Source of the DNA: an uncultured Candidatus Saccharibacteria bacterium
GTDB taxonomy: Bacteria; Patescibacteriota; Kazan-3B-28
Reading direction: 5' to 3'
NCBI GenBank assembly: GCA_964434605.1
Contig: CAYSVM010000002.1
Location: forward strand, 47 to 64,046
Length of the DNA: 64,000 bases
Positions 55,162-64,000 of the stretch are shown piece after piece (position 1 is the first letter of the stretch; every line of letters starts with the position of its first letter). A program made the position numbers and the translations under genes. A model generated the notes under the pieces. That model had not been told where the DNA came from. It was given only the letters and a program-made list of their open reading frames with translations, and made no database searches.

Positions 55162-56196
55162 TTATCCCTGTTTTCCCCAGTCATCTATAAGCCAAGCTTC
55201 TCCCTGCTTCAACAACCCAAATTCCCAAATCTCCGTCACTGTTTTCTCGTCTGGCGTCTTCTTTTCTAATTGTCCTACTATCGTTGCTTTACTCAAGTCC
55301 TCTGGAACAGTTGTATTAGTCACTCTAAATCCGGTAACATCCGAAGATTCTTCCACCACTACGGGACTAAAATCCTTTTTTGCACCAGTAGTAAGCTTGG
55401 CAGACATTCCCTCTGCATCCCTGTTCCCCCATGCCTGCACGAACTGAGCTACTGCTTGTTCCGATGCCTGTTTCACCGCATTCTGCTGTTCTGTCATTGT
55501 CCTATTCTCTCCAATCTTCTTACCCAGTAATGCATCTAAGTCTGCTGGGATACTGAAAATTGATCTCGAAAGTTTTGCTTCAACAATCCCATTTCCTGCT
55601 AGAAGCAGTTCGTCATATGACTTGGAAGCTTGTTCTCCTGCAGCCTTCAAACTATCTAAATCTTTTTTGTCTGTAATATCTACTGCTCTTCCCATTATTT
55701 GTTTCAATGCCAGTAGCATTGCACTATAGTCTTCCAAGAAACTACTCAACTTACTGGCAGCAGTACTAGCCTTGATATTCAATCCTGTCACTGCCTTGAT
55801 GTCATACAGTCCATCTCTAACAGACTGATTTGTAGTATTTACCACCTGCACGACCGATCCACTACTGGTATCTCCGAGTTTATCGAAGGTATCTATCCTA
55901 TCTAATCGAGTGAGCAAAATATTAGTATCTGCGACCGTATCACTCCAAATTTGTTTCAACTTTTTTTCACCAGCCGTACCTTGGCTCTGGAAAGTGTAGT
56001 AATAGTAGGAAGCAAGTCCTCCTACTAAAACGATAATGATCCCACCAAAAATAGTGAGCAATAAACCCAGCGTTTTTGGACGACGATAACGCTTCATTTC
56101 TTTGGTTTCTGCCTCTATTTCTTCGGCCTCGTTATCAGTGATTTCTTCCTCGAACTTCATCCTCTCTACTATATCTGAAAAACTCCCCTTTTTCAA
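55162..56196 (-). CDS. hypothetical membrane-anchored protein (344 aa)
   Basis: Acidic N-terminus, one TM helix, large extracytoplasmic domain; no family. Confidence 0.45.
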   Translation of the reverse strand: MKKGSFSDIVERMKFEEEITDNEAEEIEAETKEMKRYRRPKTLGLLLTIFGGIIIVLVGGLASYYYYTFQSQGTAGEKKLKQIWSDTVADTNILLTRLDRIDTFDKLGDTSSGSVVQVVNTTNQSVRDGLYDIKAVTGLNIKASTAASKLSSFLEDYSAMLLALKQIMGRAVDITDKKDLDSLKAAGEQASKSYDELLLAGNGIVEAKLSRSIFSIPADLDALLGKKIGENRTMTEQQNAVKQASEQAVAQFVQAWGNRDAEGMSAKLTTGAKKDFSPVVVEESSDVTGFRVTNTTVPEDLSKATIVGQLEKKTPDEKTVTEIWEFGLLKQGEAWLIDDWGKQG

Positions 56197-56227
56197 GACA
56201 GTTTTACTTGTTCAAAAAAGCGAAAAA

Positions 56228-57022
56228 TCAGACTCTTTTCGTCTCCTCCAGAGCTTCTCGCATAAACCGTGCTATCTGTCTGCTTACAGCCGGTTTAATC
56301 CCCCTAGTATCTGCATGACGACTAAGTACTCGCATGATTTTTCCATAAGGAAAAATCTCCATAAAATCTGTCTCATTCTTTCTTAATACAAATGGATCCG
56401 AAACTTTGTCTCTAGTATTTAAAAGCAATGCCGGAACTTGCGCAAACCTATACTTCACAATCCAATCTTGACGTAAGATGTATCCCATCCGAATAGCATT
56501 AATGGTCTGCTTGAGCGAACTATCTTTGGCATAAAATTTAGCGTAACCAAAACTAAACTGCCACACAAACTTTAGCGACTGGACTATCGTCACCATCATC
56601 CTCCGAGTATGCCTATCTAGTGTCGCACCGAAACCTAACTCAACTTGTGAACGGAGAGTAAGATTAGTCGGTTCAAAAGGCGTAGACATAGCCACAAACG
56701 CAACTAATCGCACTCCCACCCCATGCTTACGCCAATAACGTGCCAAAAGATATGCCACAGTACCCCCAAAAGACATCCCTAATAAAATAACTTGTTTGTA
56801 TCCCAGCCTCTTTACCGCACTAGTTGCAGTTTGGTAGAGATCGTAGATATCAATATCCTTATCCGGATAACGAAATTCGAATACATCACCAAAGCGAGAA
56901 AAAAGATTAGCTTCCCCCATAAGATCCGAATAAGTGGGGATAAGCCCCGGAAACATCAAGACAGCCGTATCCGCACGACGATTTCTCTTTTTCACTAATT
57001 GAAAACACAACTGCTTCGGCAT
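56228..57022 (-). CDS. alpha/beta hydrolase fold protein
   Basis: 264 aa; nucleophile elbow GMSFGG (GxSxG). Confidence 0.6.
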   Translation of the reverse strand: MPKQLCFQLVKKRNRRADTAVLMFPGLIPTYSDLMGEANLFSRFGDVFEFRYPDKDIDIYDLYQTATSAVKRLGYKQVILLGMSFGGTVAYLLARYWRKHGVGVRLVAFVAMSTPFEPTNLTLRSQVELGFGATLDRHTRRMMVTIVQSLKFVWQFSFGYAKFYAKDSSLKQTINAIRMGYILRQDWIVKYRFAQVPALLLNTRDKVSDPFVLRKNETDFMEIFPYGKIMRVLSRHADTRGIKPAVSRQIARFMREALEETKRV

Positions 57023-57024
57023 TA

Positions 57025-57546
57025 CTATTTATCCAACCTGCGTAGTCTAACCGCTGTTACCAACGCTGATGTAAAAATAACTGCCCCAACTACACAGCTA
57101 GTAAACTGCGGAATTCCAAAATATCCCGGTACACATCCAAGATTACAAACTTGGTCTCTATACAATCTCCCTAATTCATAACCATAATTGCCCCAGGCAA
57201 ATATTGCACCAAGACCAAGAAGCCAAATCAACCTATATTGACTCGCTTTACTGTAATCTATTCGCAAAGTAATTGACCACACCAAACCAACCAAGAAGAA
57301 TACAAAACCCCAGAAACATGGAGTAAGCAATGGATTCCACAAACTATCTGGAATCCGTACCACCATCCACGAACCGCCTACTGCAAAATACCGTATAACC
57401 TCATTTACCAAATTATACCCAGCAAAAATGACACCAACCAGCAAGAAGAAATTTTGCAAAACTAATAATTCTCTTTTCATAAACCGATTATACCAAACAT
57501 ACAAAACGGCCCGATAACTCGAGCCGTTTTGAATATATAAGTTCAC
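57025..57546 (-). CDS. hypothetical polytopic membrane protein (173 aa)
   Basis: Four to five TM helices, paired Cys residues. Confidence 0.4.
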   Translation of the reverse strand: MNLYIQNGSSYRAVLYVWYNRFMKRELLVLQNFFLLVGVIFAGYNLVNEVIRYFAVGGSWMVVRIPDSLWNPLLTPCFWGFVFFLVGLVWSITLRIDYSKASQYRLIWLLGLGAIFAWGNYGYELGRLYRDQVCNLGCVPGYFGIPQFTSCVVGAVIFTSALVTAVRLRRLDK

Positions 57547-57807
57547 TGAAGAAATAAAACTATTTCTTCTTAGCTTTCTTCTTGGCTTTCTTCTTTCCTG
57601 CCATGTTTTGGGTCCCCATGAACTTAATTGTTATAACATCTCTAATTATTAGCTCTCTATTCCATAAGTCAATAACCCTGAATGGGGATAAATCAAAAAC
57701 TATTATTCCCAAATTTTATCCCCCGTTTTCCACTTCCAAAAAGGAAAATATCCAGATTTCCCACCTCTCAAAAAACATTGACTGGAAAAAGATTTTTGCC
57801 TACCTAA

Positions 57808-57993
57808 CTAATATGAAGTTTCTACCAAACAAAACTCTCCCAAAGTAGGGAGAGAAAGAAGATAGTAGCGACGACCAGCAAACCACCAGTTGTCATTCCA
57901 CCTGTCATCGTTGCGGTTCACGTTCACGTTCCGCTCGTCGTTCCAGCGGTTGAAGGCAAACTTATCATGCAACATACCATCCATTGTCACCAC
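57808..57993 (-). pseudogene. diverged partial copy of the C-terminus of the 58296-58913 gene
   Basis: 61-aa ORF NRWNDERNVNVNRNDDRWNDNWWFAGRR aligns at ~70% identity with the last 30 aa of the 58296-58913 product (HRWLGERDVNVNRNDDKWDYSWWFAGRRQ). ~100 nt of DNA similarity; reading frame not terminated at the same place. Confidence 0.5.
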
Positions 57994-58295
57994 CCCTTGA
58001 ATAAGCTCTTAGGGTTGAATTTTATTTGACATCTATAATGCCTTGATATCTTGCACCAAGTATCTTCTATTTTTTAAGCTTCATACCTCACACTGCTTGC
58101 AACCTTGATCACAAGCACTCTGGAGAATTATGAATACTGGGTTCGGCAGTCAGGAACCGTAATCCCTGTCATATTCGCCTAGTTCCAGATACATCTTACC
58201 AAATTCAGATATATTAAAAGCCCCCGCATTTCTGCGGAGGCAGGACCAAGGACAAAGGATCCAAAAGACCCAAGTGTCCAAGGTCCAAAGGTGAT

Positions 58296-58913
58296 TTACT
58301 GGCGACGGCCAGCAAACCACCAGCTGTAATCCCACTTGTCATCGTTGCGGTTCACGTTCACGTCCCGCTCGCCGAGCCAGCGGTGGAAGGCAATGTAGAG
58401 ACAGTTACCGTTGGCGTCCTTCCAGTAGGTGGCGTTAGGGTGGTCATCAGCGAAACCCGGGTTAGCGGCGTTGAAAGCCGCCAAATCATCCGGATAGGCT
58501 AGGACCAAACCGTGTTTGGCCAACAGGTCGTTCACTTCGGAGCTGGTCCGAATGCGGTCGCTCTTCACAAAGAAGAGCTCAACCTCATCACCCTTGCCAC
58601 GTGGCATGGTGGCAAGTACATCTCGGTTGATGTACTGTTTACAACCAGTAGCCGCAATGACCTGCTGGGGAGTCAGGGAACAATCAACCTTGACCACATA
58701 AGAAACAAGGTCAACTACTGCCTTAACTGCACCCACAACCTTAGGACAGCCCGCCTTAAGGTAATCCACAAGGTTGGTGCGCTTCTCACGACTACCGATG
58801 AGCATTTTGACATGCTCTAGCGTAGCTCCCGCCTTAAACATAAGACGGAAAAATTTACCGATCGTGCCCATCATTTTACTGATGTCTTCGAGGGTTGCGA
58901 TGGTTTTATCCAT
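58296..58913 (-). CDS. hypothetical protein (205 aa), GC-rich, adjacent to tRNA-Gln
   Basis: AAGGAGG RBS before ATG at 58913; GC clearly above local average; conserved C-terminal motif NVNVNRNDDKW..WWFAGRR shared with the upstream fragment; terminator-like hairpin ccgcagaaatgcgg + U tract downstream. Confidence 0.55.
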   Translation of the reverse strand: MDKTIATLEDISKMMGTIGKFFRLMFKAGATLEHVKMLIGSREKRTNLVDYLKAGCPKVVGAVKAVVDLVSYVVKVDCSLTPQQVIAATGCKQYINRDVLATMPRGKGDEVELFFVKSDRIRTSSEVNDLLAKHGLVLAYPDDLAAFNAANPGFADDHPNATYWKDANGNCLYIAFHRWLGERDVNVNRNDDKWDYSWWFAGRRQ

Positions 58914-59065
58914 CGGATGCCTCCTTTTAAAGATCAAGTGGTTGATATAGGGGTGCTAATAACAGATTACGACCCCTCCACTTACTACCACGAAAGTAGC
59001 ATGAAAAAACACTCTTGTAAAGAGTTTTGTAGCTCTGGAAGCTAATTTTATTCACTGGCTGGGGC

Positions 59066-59140
59066 GGCAGGGATCGGACCTGCGAATCACGGGACCAAAA
59101 CCCGTTGCCTTACCACTTGGCTACGCCCCAATGTTACCCA
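59066..59140 (-). tRNA. tRNA-Gln (anticodon UUG), CCA encoded
   Basis: Reverse complement TGGGGCG-TA-GCCAAGTGGTAAGGC-AACGGGTT[TTG]GTCCCGT-GATTC-GCAGGTCCGATCCCTGC-CGCCCCA-G-CCA; 75 nt cloverleaf. Confidence 0.9.
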
Positions 59141-59142
59141 GA

Positions 59143-59586
59143 TTATACCCCAATAATCTGCAGAGCAATTTGTCTTTCGCGTGATCTATCCAATTCTATA
59201 GCAAACACTCTCTGCCACCCACCCAACTGTAATTTCCCCCCGACTACGTTTAATAGTACTGAAGTAGGTAAGTGTAAGGCCTTATTATGCGCATGGCCAT
59301 TAGCACATTCGTCATCACACATATTTACTGTTCTTAAATCAAAATTGTCATGAGCATATTCTCGAGACTCGGGCGCCAGTTCCTCTAGAGTCTTTTTCAT
59401 ATCTGAAATAAGCAATGGTTCAGATTCATTTACAATCACCGCCATTGTCGTATGTAAGCTTTGGATGTTCACTAAACCATCAGTTATTCCGCTCTCTGTT
59501 ATCTTTTCCCGCACCCTGTCTGTGATATCAATAAAATCTAAAGTTGCAGCGCTTTGAATGCCCACCAGCTGACTGATGATTCTCAT
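59143..59586 (-). CDS. YjbQ/UPF0047 family protein (secondary thiamine-phosphate synthase-like)
   Basis: 147 aa; conserved ITD.V......SGI..GL.......HTT......NE and GGW/TWQ-like C-terminal motifs. Confidence 0.7.
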   Translation of the reverse strand: MRIISQLVGIQSAATLDFIDITDRVREKITESGITDGLVNIQSLHTTMAVIVNESEPLLISDMKKTLEELAPESREYAHDNFDLRTVNMCDDECANGHAHNKALHLPTSVLLNVVGGKLQLGGWQRVFAIELDRSRERQIALQIIGV

Positions 59587-59663
59587 GATAAATAGGTTAC
59601 CGCAAAATCACTTTTTGTAAATCCCCTTAACTCCCCTTCTTCTCTTTAGTAGTATTTAGACAG

Positions 59664-59949
59664 TTGACTAAATATCTAACTATGGCTATCAAGGAAGTAT
59701 CCCTAGCGTTCAAAGCTCTCTCTGATCCCACTCGACGAGAAATCATTAAGAAACTAAAGTCTCGCAATCTAACCCCTAGTGAGTTGGGTCTCCACTTCCC
59801 TATCTCCCCCCTCCCTATCTCACCACTTAGGCATCTTGAAATCTGCCAACCTCATCACTTCCGAAAAACAAGGACAAAATATTATTTATTCACCAAACAC
59901 TACTGTTTTCTACAAAATATTAAATGACTTTATGGAAGAATTCAAATAA
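59664..59949 (+). pseudogene. ArsR/SmtB-family transcriptional regulator with a +1 frameshift in a C6 homopolymer
   Basis: Frame A gives the ArsR N-terminus (ALSDPTRREIIKKL...LTPSELGLHFPIS). Frame B continues SHHLGILKSANLITSEKQGQNIIYS...MEEFK, the ArsR recognition helix/wing. The frames join if the C run at 59806-59811 is 5 rather than 6 nt. Confidence 0.6.
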
Positions 59950-59998
59950 TATGCGTATAATTCCCTTTAATTTGAGGACTGAATGGTTTTCTTGGCTA

Positions 59999-60265
59999 AT
60001 GATTCTGCCTGTTATTGTCATTGCAATTTACGCTTATCTCCTGCTACCAGACAAAGTTCCTTCACACTGGAATATGTCTGGACAAATTGATTGATGGACT
60101 TCCCGCAATGGACATGCTTTTGGGATCGGTGGATTGCTCTTTATTACTTCTCCCTTCATCCCCACTCCATATAACTTTTACTTACCACTAATTGGAATCT
60201 TACTTGCCGCATTTCTTCTTATCTCGATGTCTTTTATTTGGTTCAAACAAAAGAATAATAAGTAA
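59999..60265 (+). pseudogene. DUF1648/SdpI-like small membrane protein with an in-frame TGA at 60092-60094
   Basis: MILPVIVIAIYAYLLLPDKVPSHWNMSGQID*WTSRNGHAFGIGGLLFITSPF...; family members read D-R-W-G at this point, so CGA to TGA nonsense is the likely change. Confidence 0.55.
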
Positions 60266-60291
60266 CATATATTAGATATAATTTTTTACCT

Positions 60292-60489
60292 ATGACAGAA
60301 TTCATTCTCGACAACACTTGGGTCATTTGGTTAGCAGTATTGTGGACACTTCCATGGAAGGCAGTTGCCTTATGGAAATCTGCCAGAGCCAACCAAGTTT
60401 GGTGGTTTATCTTCCTGATGATCATCAACACCTTGGGATTGCTGGAAATCCTTTACATCTTCGTGTTTGCTCCGAAAGATAAAAAATAA
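60292..60489 (+). CDS. hypothetical small membrane protein (65 aa)
   Basis: Two TM helices, Trp-rich. Confidence 0.4.
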   Translation: MTEFILDNTWVIWLAVLWTLPWKAVALWKSARANQVWWFIFLMIINTLGLLEILYIFVFAPKDKK

Positions 60490-60555
60490 CTTTTACCGAT
60501 AGGTAAATAAAAAGCCCAGCGCATTCTAGTGCTGGGCTAATTGTAATCCCAAAAA

Positions 60556-61506
60556 CTAATTCAGGTAAATCGTCAACGGGAAACAAACTCTCCCAACTCC
60601 GTGATAAAACCTCTGCAGAGCACTTGCCGGTTCAGTTATTGGTATAATCGGATTCTTGCTTTCTTGAGAAAATACAGTATCAAAAGTAGCACACAGCTCA
60701 TAAGCCGCAGCTCCTGTTACTCTGTATTCAAACCTTTGCTTGGTTACGGGGTCAATCAAACCATCTGGAACGATATACACATTAGGATCGGCAATCAGCT
60801 GATCAAAGTCGGTGGGTAATTGCTGATGCCCGGGACCACCCCTGAATCCATAGTAATTTTGAATAGCAGATTGAATATTAGAAAGTCTCTCCACCCTAGT
60901 ATTATCTAGTCTCTCTAATCTTCTTTGGGTGGGACTGCCGATGATAAAGAAACTTCCTATCACCGCCCCTGCCACTACTACAAAAACCACCCATTCAAAT
61001 ATCTTGAATCCAAGACCTGCTTTGGGTTCATAATGTTCGCCATATTTTCTAAGATGCCACCACTGATACCCCAATACCGCAAAAGCAATCACCAAAGTAA
61101 TAAAGGTATTGATAATAAACCTTGTTGCTAATGCTCCATTCAGAAAACCAATAAATAGCTGAATTATCTGCCAAATAATAATCAGAATCACCGCTACCAT
61201 AGTGATGTACAAAAGCCAGTTCCTTACTCCCGAATCAGATTTCATTTTTCCCGACTTCAACATCTTGTTAGCAACTACATTGAGATAAGTAAATATCGGG
61301 AAGCCAATCAGTGTAGCTGCCATAAACCCAATCACCATTTCATCCGACATTGGGAATGCACCTGTATTCTGCAATGCATCGGGCAAGAAATATGCCACAA
61401 TGGCCTTCAGCAGAAAATTCATTCCAATACTAGAAATCAGGAGTGTAGCATAACTCAAGAGATAAACGAACCCATCTCTAGCATAGTTGTACTTCTTCTC
61501 CTCCAT
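60556..61506 (-). CDS. hypothetical membrane protein (316 aa)
   Basis: Four to five N-terminal TM helices plus C-terminal soluble domain with two Cys. Confidence 0.45.
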   Translation of the reverse strand: MEEKKYNYARDGFVYLLSYATLLISSIGMNFLLKAIVAYFLPDALQNTGAFPMSDEMVIGFMAATLIGFPIFTYLNVVANKMLKSGKMKSDSGVRNWLLYITMVAVILIIIWQIIQLFIGFLNGALATRFIINTFITLVIAFAVLGYQWWHLRKYGEHYEPKAGLGFKIFEWVVFVVVAGAVIGSFFIIGSPTQRRLERLDNTRVERLSNIQSAIQNYYGFRGGPGHQQLPTDFDQLIADPNVYIVPDGLIDPVTKQRFEYRVTGAAAYELCATFDTVFSQESKNPIIPITEPASALQRFYHGVGRVCFPLTIYLN

Positions 61507-61613
61507 GTGTTAATTATACACCTGAACATTCCCACCTAACCCAATAAATAAAAAAACCACCTTTAACCTAGGTGGTTAGTCCGATTTAAATCGGATAGGG
61601 GACGAGATAGTAC

Positions 61614-61814
61614 TCATGGCCCAAACACCTTGATGAGCACTATCTCGCCCAAAATGTAGGCGAGAAGAAGCCATCCCATAGCCCGCATAATGACCATTGG
61701 TGGCTGGTTCTCGGTTTTCTTCTTAATTACATTAAGGGCGGCAAAACCGAGAGCCAGCCATGCCACCATGATGACAAAAAAAGTGTCCATCATACGATCC
61801 TCCTTCAAAGCCAA
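61614..61814 (-). CDS. hypothetical small membrane protein (66 aa)
   Basis: Two TM helices. Confidence 0.35.
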   Translation of the reverse strand: MALKEDRMMDTFFVIMVAWLALGFAALNVIKKKTENQPPMVIMRAMGWLLLAYILGEIVLIKVFGP

Positions 61815-61997
61815 CCTCTGTAGTTCAATTTTGGTGTCCCTAGAAAGTTCCCTAGTTAGTTGGCAAAGAACAGTCCACAGGAATTAGTTGTATCGCACAA
61901 TAAAAAACTGTCAAGAGTTTTATTGCTCTGGATGCGAGTTTTTCTTCCCCATTAAGTCAGACCTACAACTTCTTCTTCAATACTGCAAAAGAAATAC

Positions 61998-63350
61998 TTA
62001 TCCTCTAAATATTCGAGGACCTCCCGAGGTATCTTCTATGATGTAGCCTTTTGACGCACTTACTTTACGAATATCATCGGCTTTTTTCCAGTCTTTTGCT
62101 TTGCGAGCTTTTTCTCGCTCCGCCACCAATTTTTTGATCTCTACTGGAATTGCAGACGGTTTGTAATCTTTCAATCCCAAACCTAAGACTTTATCAAAAT
62201 CAAGCAAAGTTGCCTGTTTATCCGCCAAAGATTTTTTAGATTTCACCAAATCCCATACCACTGCTAACACCTTGGACATATTTAGATCATCATTGAGCGC
62301 TAATAAAAACTTCTTCTTATAAGTTTGATCTACTTTCCCATCACTTTTCTTTTCACTAAATACTGCTCGTAACTTATTCAAAGAATTTCCTGCGCCATCC
62401 AGTGCCAATTTAGAAAAGTTAAGCTTCTGCCTATAATGGCTAGAAATTGCCAAATACCTAAATGCCATTGGTTCAATTCCTTGTTGTATTAAATCAGAAA
62501 GAGTAAAAAAGTTGTCAGCACTTTTTGCCATCTTCGCTCCATTGACCACCATAAACGCATTGTGCACCCAATAATTGGCTAATGGTTTTCCATATGCCGC
62601 TTCGCTCTGTGCAATCTCATCATTATGATGTGTCGCAATATGATCCTCTCCTCCGGTATGAATATCAAACGGTTGTCCAAGCTCTTTGGTTGAAATTGCC
62701 GAACACTCAATATGCCATCCGGGATATCCCACCCCCCATGGAGATTTCCACTCCTGCTGTCGCTTTTCTCCCAAAGAGAATTTCCACAACGCAAAGTCCG
62801 TTTCCCGCTTTTTCTCTTTACTATGCACTATCCGTGCCTTACCAGCGCTAACACTTCCCAACTTCCCATATCCCTTGAATTTTACAGTATCGAAATAGAT
62901 GCCGTCAGAAGTTTTGTATGTATATCCTTTTTTCTCTAGTTTCTTAATTAAATCAATTTGTTCTTTTATATACTTACTCGCCCATGCAAACTTCATCGGC
63001 AATTCTATATTCAGTTGCTTAATATCTTTCACAAACTGATCCGCGTAAAACTTAGTAATTTCACTTGCCTTTTTGTGTTCTTTCCTTGCTTCTTGTTCCA
63101 CTTTGTCTTCGCCACTATCTGCATCCGATGTCAGATGTCCAACATCTGTAATGTTCATGACAGACTTCACCTTGTATCCGTTGTATTCCAAAGCCCTACG
63201 CAATATATCTTCCGCCAAATACGCCCTAAGGTTTCCTATATGCGCATACTGATACACTGTCGGCCCACAAGTGTACATTGAAATCTGACCTTTCTTCAAA
63301 GGCTTTATTTCCTGCTTCGTTCGACCTAGTGTGTTGAATATCTTTATCAT
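61998..63350 (-). CDS. cysS: cysteine--tRNA ligase
   Basis: 450 aa; class I HIGH (HIGN) and KMSKS (KMAKS) motifs, Zn-binding Cys, MYTCGPTVY start. Confidence 0.9.
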   Translation of the reverse strand: MIKIFNTLGRTKQEIKPLKKGQISMYTCGPTVYQYAHIGNLRAYLAEDILRRALEYNGYKVKSVMNITDVGHLTSDADSGEDKVEQEARKEHKKASEITKFYADQFVKDIKQLNIELPMKFAWASKYIKEQIDLIKKLEKKGYTYKTSDGIYFDTVKFKGYGKLGSVSAGKARIVHSKEKKRETDFALWKFSLGEKRQQEWKSPWGVGYPGWHIECSAISTKELGQPFDIHTGGEDHIATHHNDEIAQSEAAYGKPLANYWVHNAFMVVNGAKMAKSADNFFTLSDLIQQGIEPMAFRYLAISSHYRQKLNFSKLALDGAGNSLNKLRAVFSEKKSDGKVDQTYKKKFLLALNDDLNMSKVLAVVWDLVKSKKSLADKQATLLDFDKVLGLGLKDYKPSAIPVEIKKLVAEREKARKAKDWKKADDIRKVSASKGYIIEDTSGGPRIFRG

Positions 63351-64000
63351 TGAGATAAATGTAATTTAAATACTTTGGGGAATAACAATCTACCATCTAC
63401 CACTACTGCACCCAGAAGAACCATCATCCCTCCGACAATATTATTAGAAGTTAGAGTCTCATGCAGAAAAATAACCGAGAGAACAGCGACCTGAATTATC
63501 ATAGTATTACTTAAAATACAAACTTCTATTACCCGTAACTTATCCAAAATTGAATTCCACATCAATGCCCCAAATGCAAATATTAACGCCACCGCCAAAA
63601 TACCTACTAGTAAGCGACTATCCCAAATTATTTGCGGCATCCCATCCATTAATAAACCTACTGGTACCAAAATCATTGCCCCTACTCCGCTACCAACAAG
63701 AGCCACCGGCAAACTCACATCTTTTTTATGCGCCTTAGCGATTACTCGATTGACAGAAGCGTGAAATGCATAAGCCACCTCTGCTAAAAGCAATAACCCC
63801 ACTCCAAACAAGGTTCCACCCAAAACTTGATTACCCATAAACACGACTACGCCTGCAGCCAATAACCCTATCCCAAAATATTGTTCTAAATGTGGTCGTT
63901 CTTTCAGCAAAATATTAGACATTAACACTGCAAAAACAATATTTGTCGAAGCAATCAAACCAGCAGTAGCACCAGTAACATACTGTAAACCTACTATTAT
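63347..64000 (-). CDS. EamA/DMT-family transporter, 5'-partial at window edge
   Basis: 203+ aa of polytopic membrane protein with EamA-like repeat; the ORF runs off the window end. Confidence 0.5.
   Translation of the reverse strand: MIVGLQYVTGATAGLIASTNIVFAVLMSNILLKERPHLEQYFGIGLLAAGVVVFMGNQVLGGTLFGVGLLLLAEVAYAFHASVNRVIAKAHKKDVSLPVALVGSGVGAMILVPVGLLMDGMPQIIWDSRLLVGILAVALIFAFGALMWNSILDKLRVIEVCILSNTMIIQVAVLSVIFLHETLTSNNIVGGMMVLLGAVVVDGRLLFPKVFKLHLSQ

Noticed and set aside
57776-57790. TTGACTGGAA 10-mer shared with the 14697 promoter
   Set aside because: Too short to argue for a repeated element; no matching -10 at proper spacing here.
59800-59825. Apparent tandem 15-nt duplication (PISPL-PISPL) in the ArsR gene
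   Set aside because: On re-reading, the repeat is in-frame and is an artefact of translating across a +1 frameshift. The real lesion is a 1-nt expansion of a C5 run, not a duplication.
60092-60094. In-frame TGA suggesting an alternative genetic code (UGA=Gly, code 25, or UGA=Trp)
   Set aside because: All long housekeeping ORFs (mfd 1071 aa, gyrA 947 aa, uvrA 942 aa) are intact under the standard code with no internal TGAs and TGA/TAA/TAG used as terminators, so a single nonsense change is the simpler explanation.

Overview
The window is a low-GC (~40%), gene-dense bacterial chromosome segment, mostly core housekeeping genes. It contains a DNA-repair set (mfd, nfo, uvrA, uvrB, uvrC, ligA, topA, dprA, gyrA), translation factors (aspS, gatCAB, pth, der, infB, rbfA, rpsA, rpsP, rpmF, trmD, cysS), cell-envelope genes (murA, dgkA, D-Ala-D-Ala carboxypeptidase), nusB, rnc and nrnA. 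The many small hypothetical membrane proteins, ribosomal proteins with low-complexity extensions, a lysine-rich GyrA tail and a non-discriminating-type AspRS with GatCAB suggest a reduced-genome lineage of the Patescibacteria/CPR kind (inference only). Two tRNAs, tRNA-Glu(CUC) and tRNA-Gln(UUG), both on the minus strand, are read directly from the sequence. The most unusual content is a pair of paralogous large ATPases of the TrwB/TraD/VirD4 type IV coupling-protein family (807 and 913 aa). Each sits in a housekeeping operon under its own near-consensus sigma70 promoter, one beside a sigma-70-region-4/HARE-HTH-like DNA-binding protein and ligA, with no relaxase or VirB4 in the window. Other items worth a second look are two GC-rich, G/C-run-rich apparently non-coding transcribed regions (3415-3750 and 14697-15270), a HicA-like toxin next to tRNA-Glu, and GC-elevated gene islets between gatC and ligA and next to tRNA-Gln. 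The tRNA-Gln islet includes a diverged partial gene copy. There is also a truncated GT2 glycosyltransferase, and an adjacent pair of disrupted genes: an ArsR-family gene with a homopolymer frameshift and a DUF1648-like gene with an in-frame TGA. No CRISPR array, transposase or integrase was seen.
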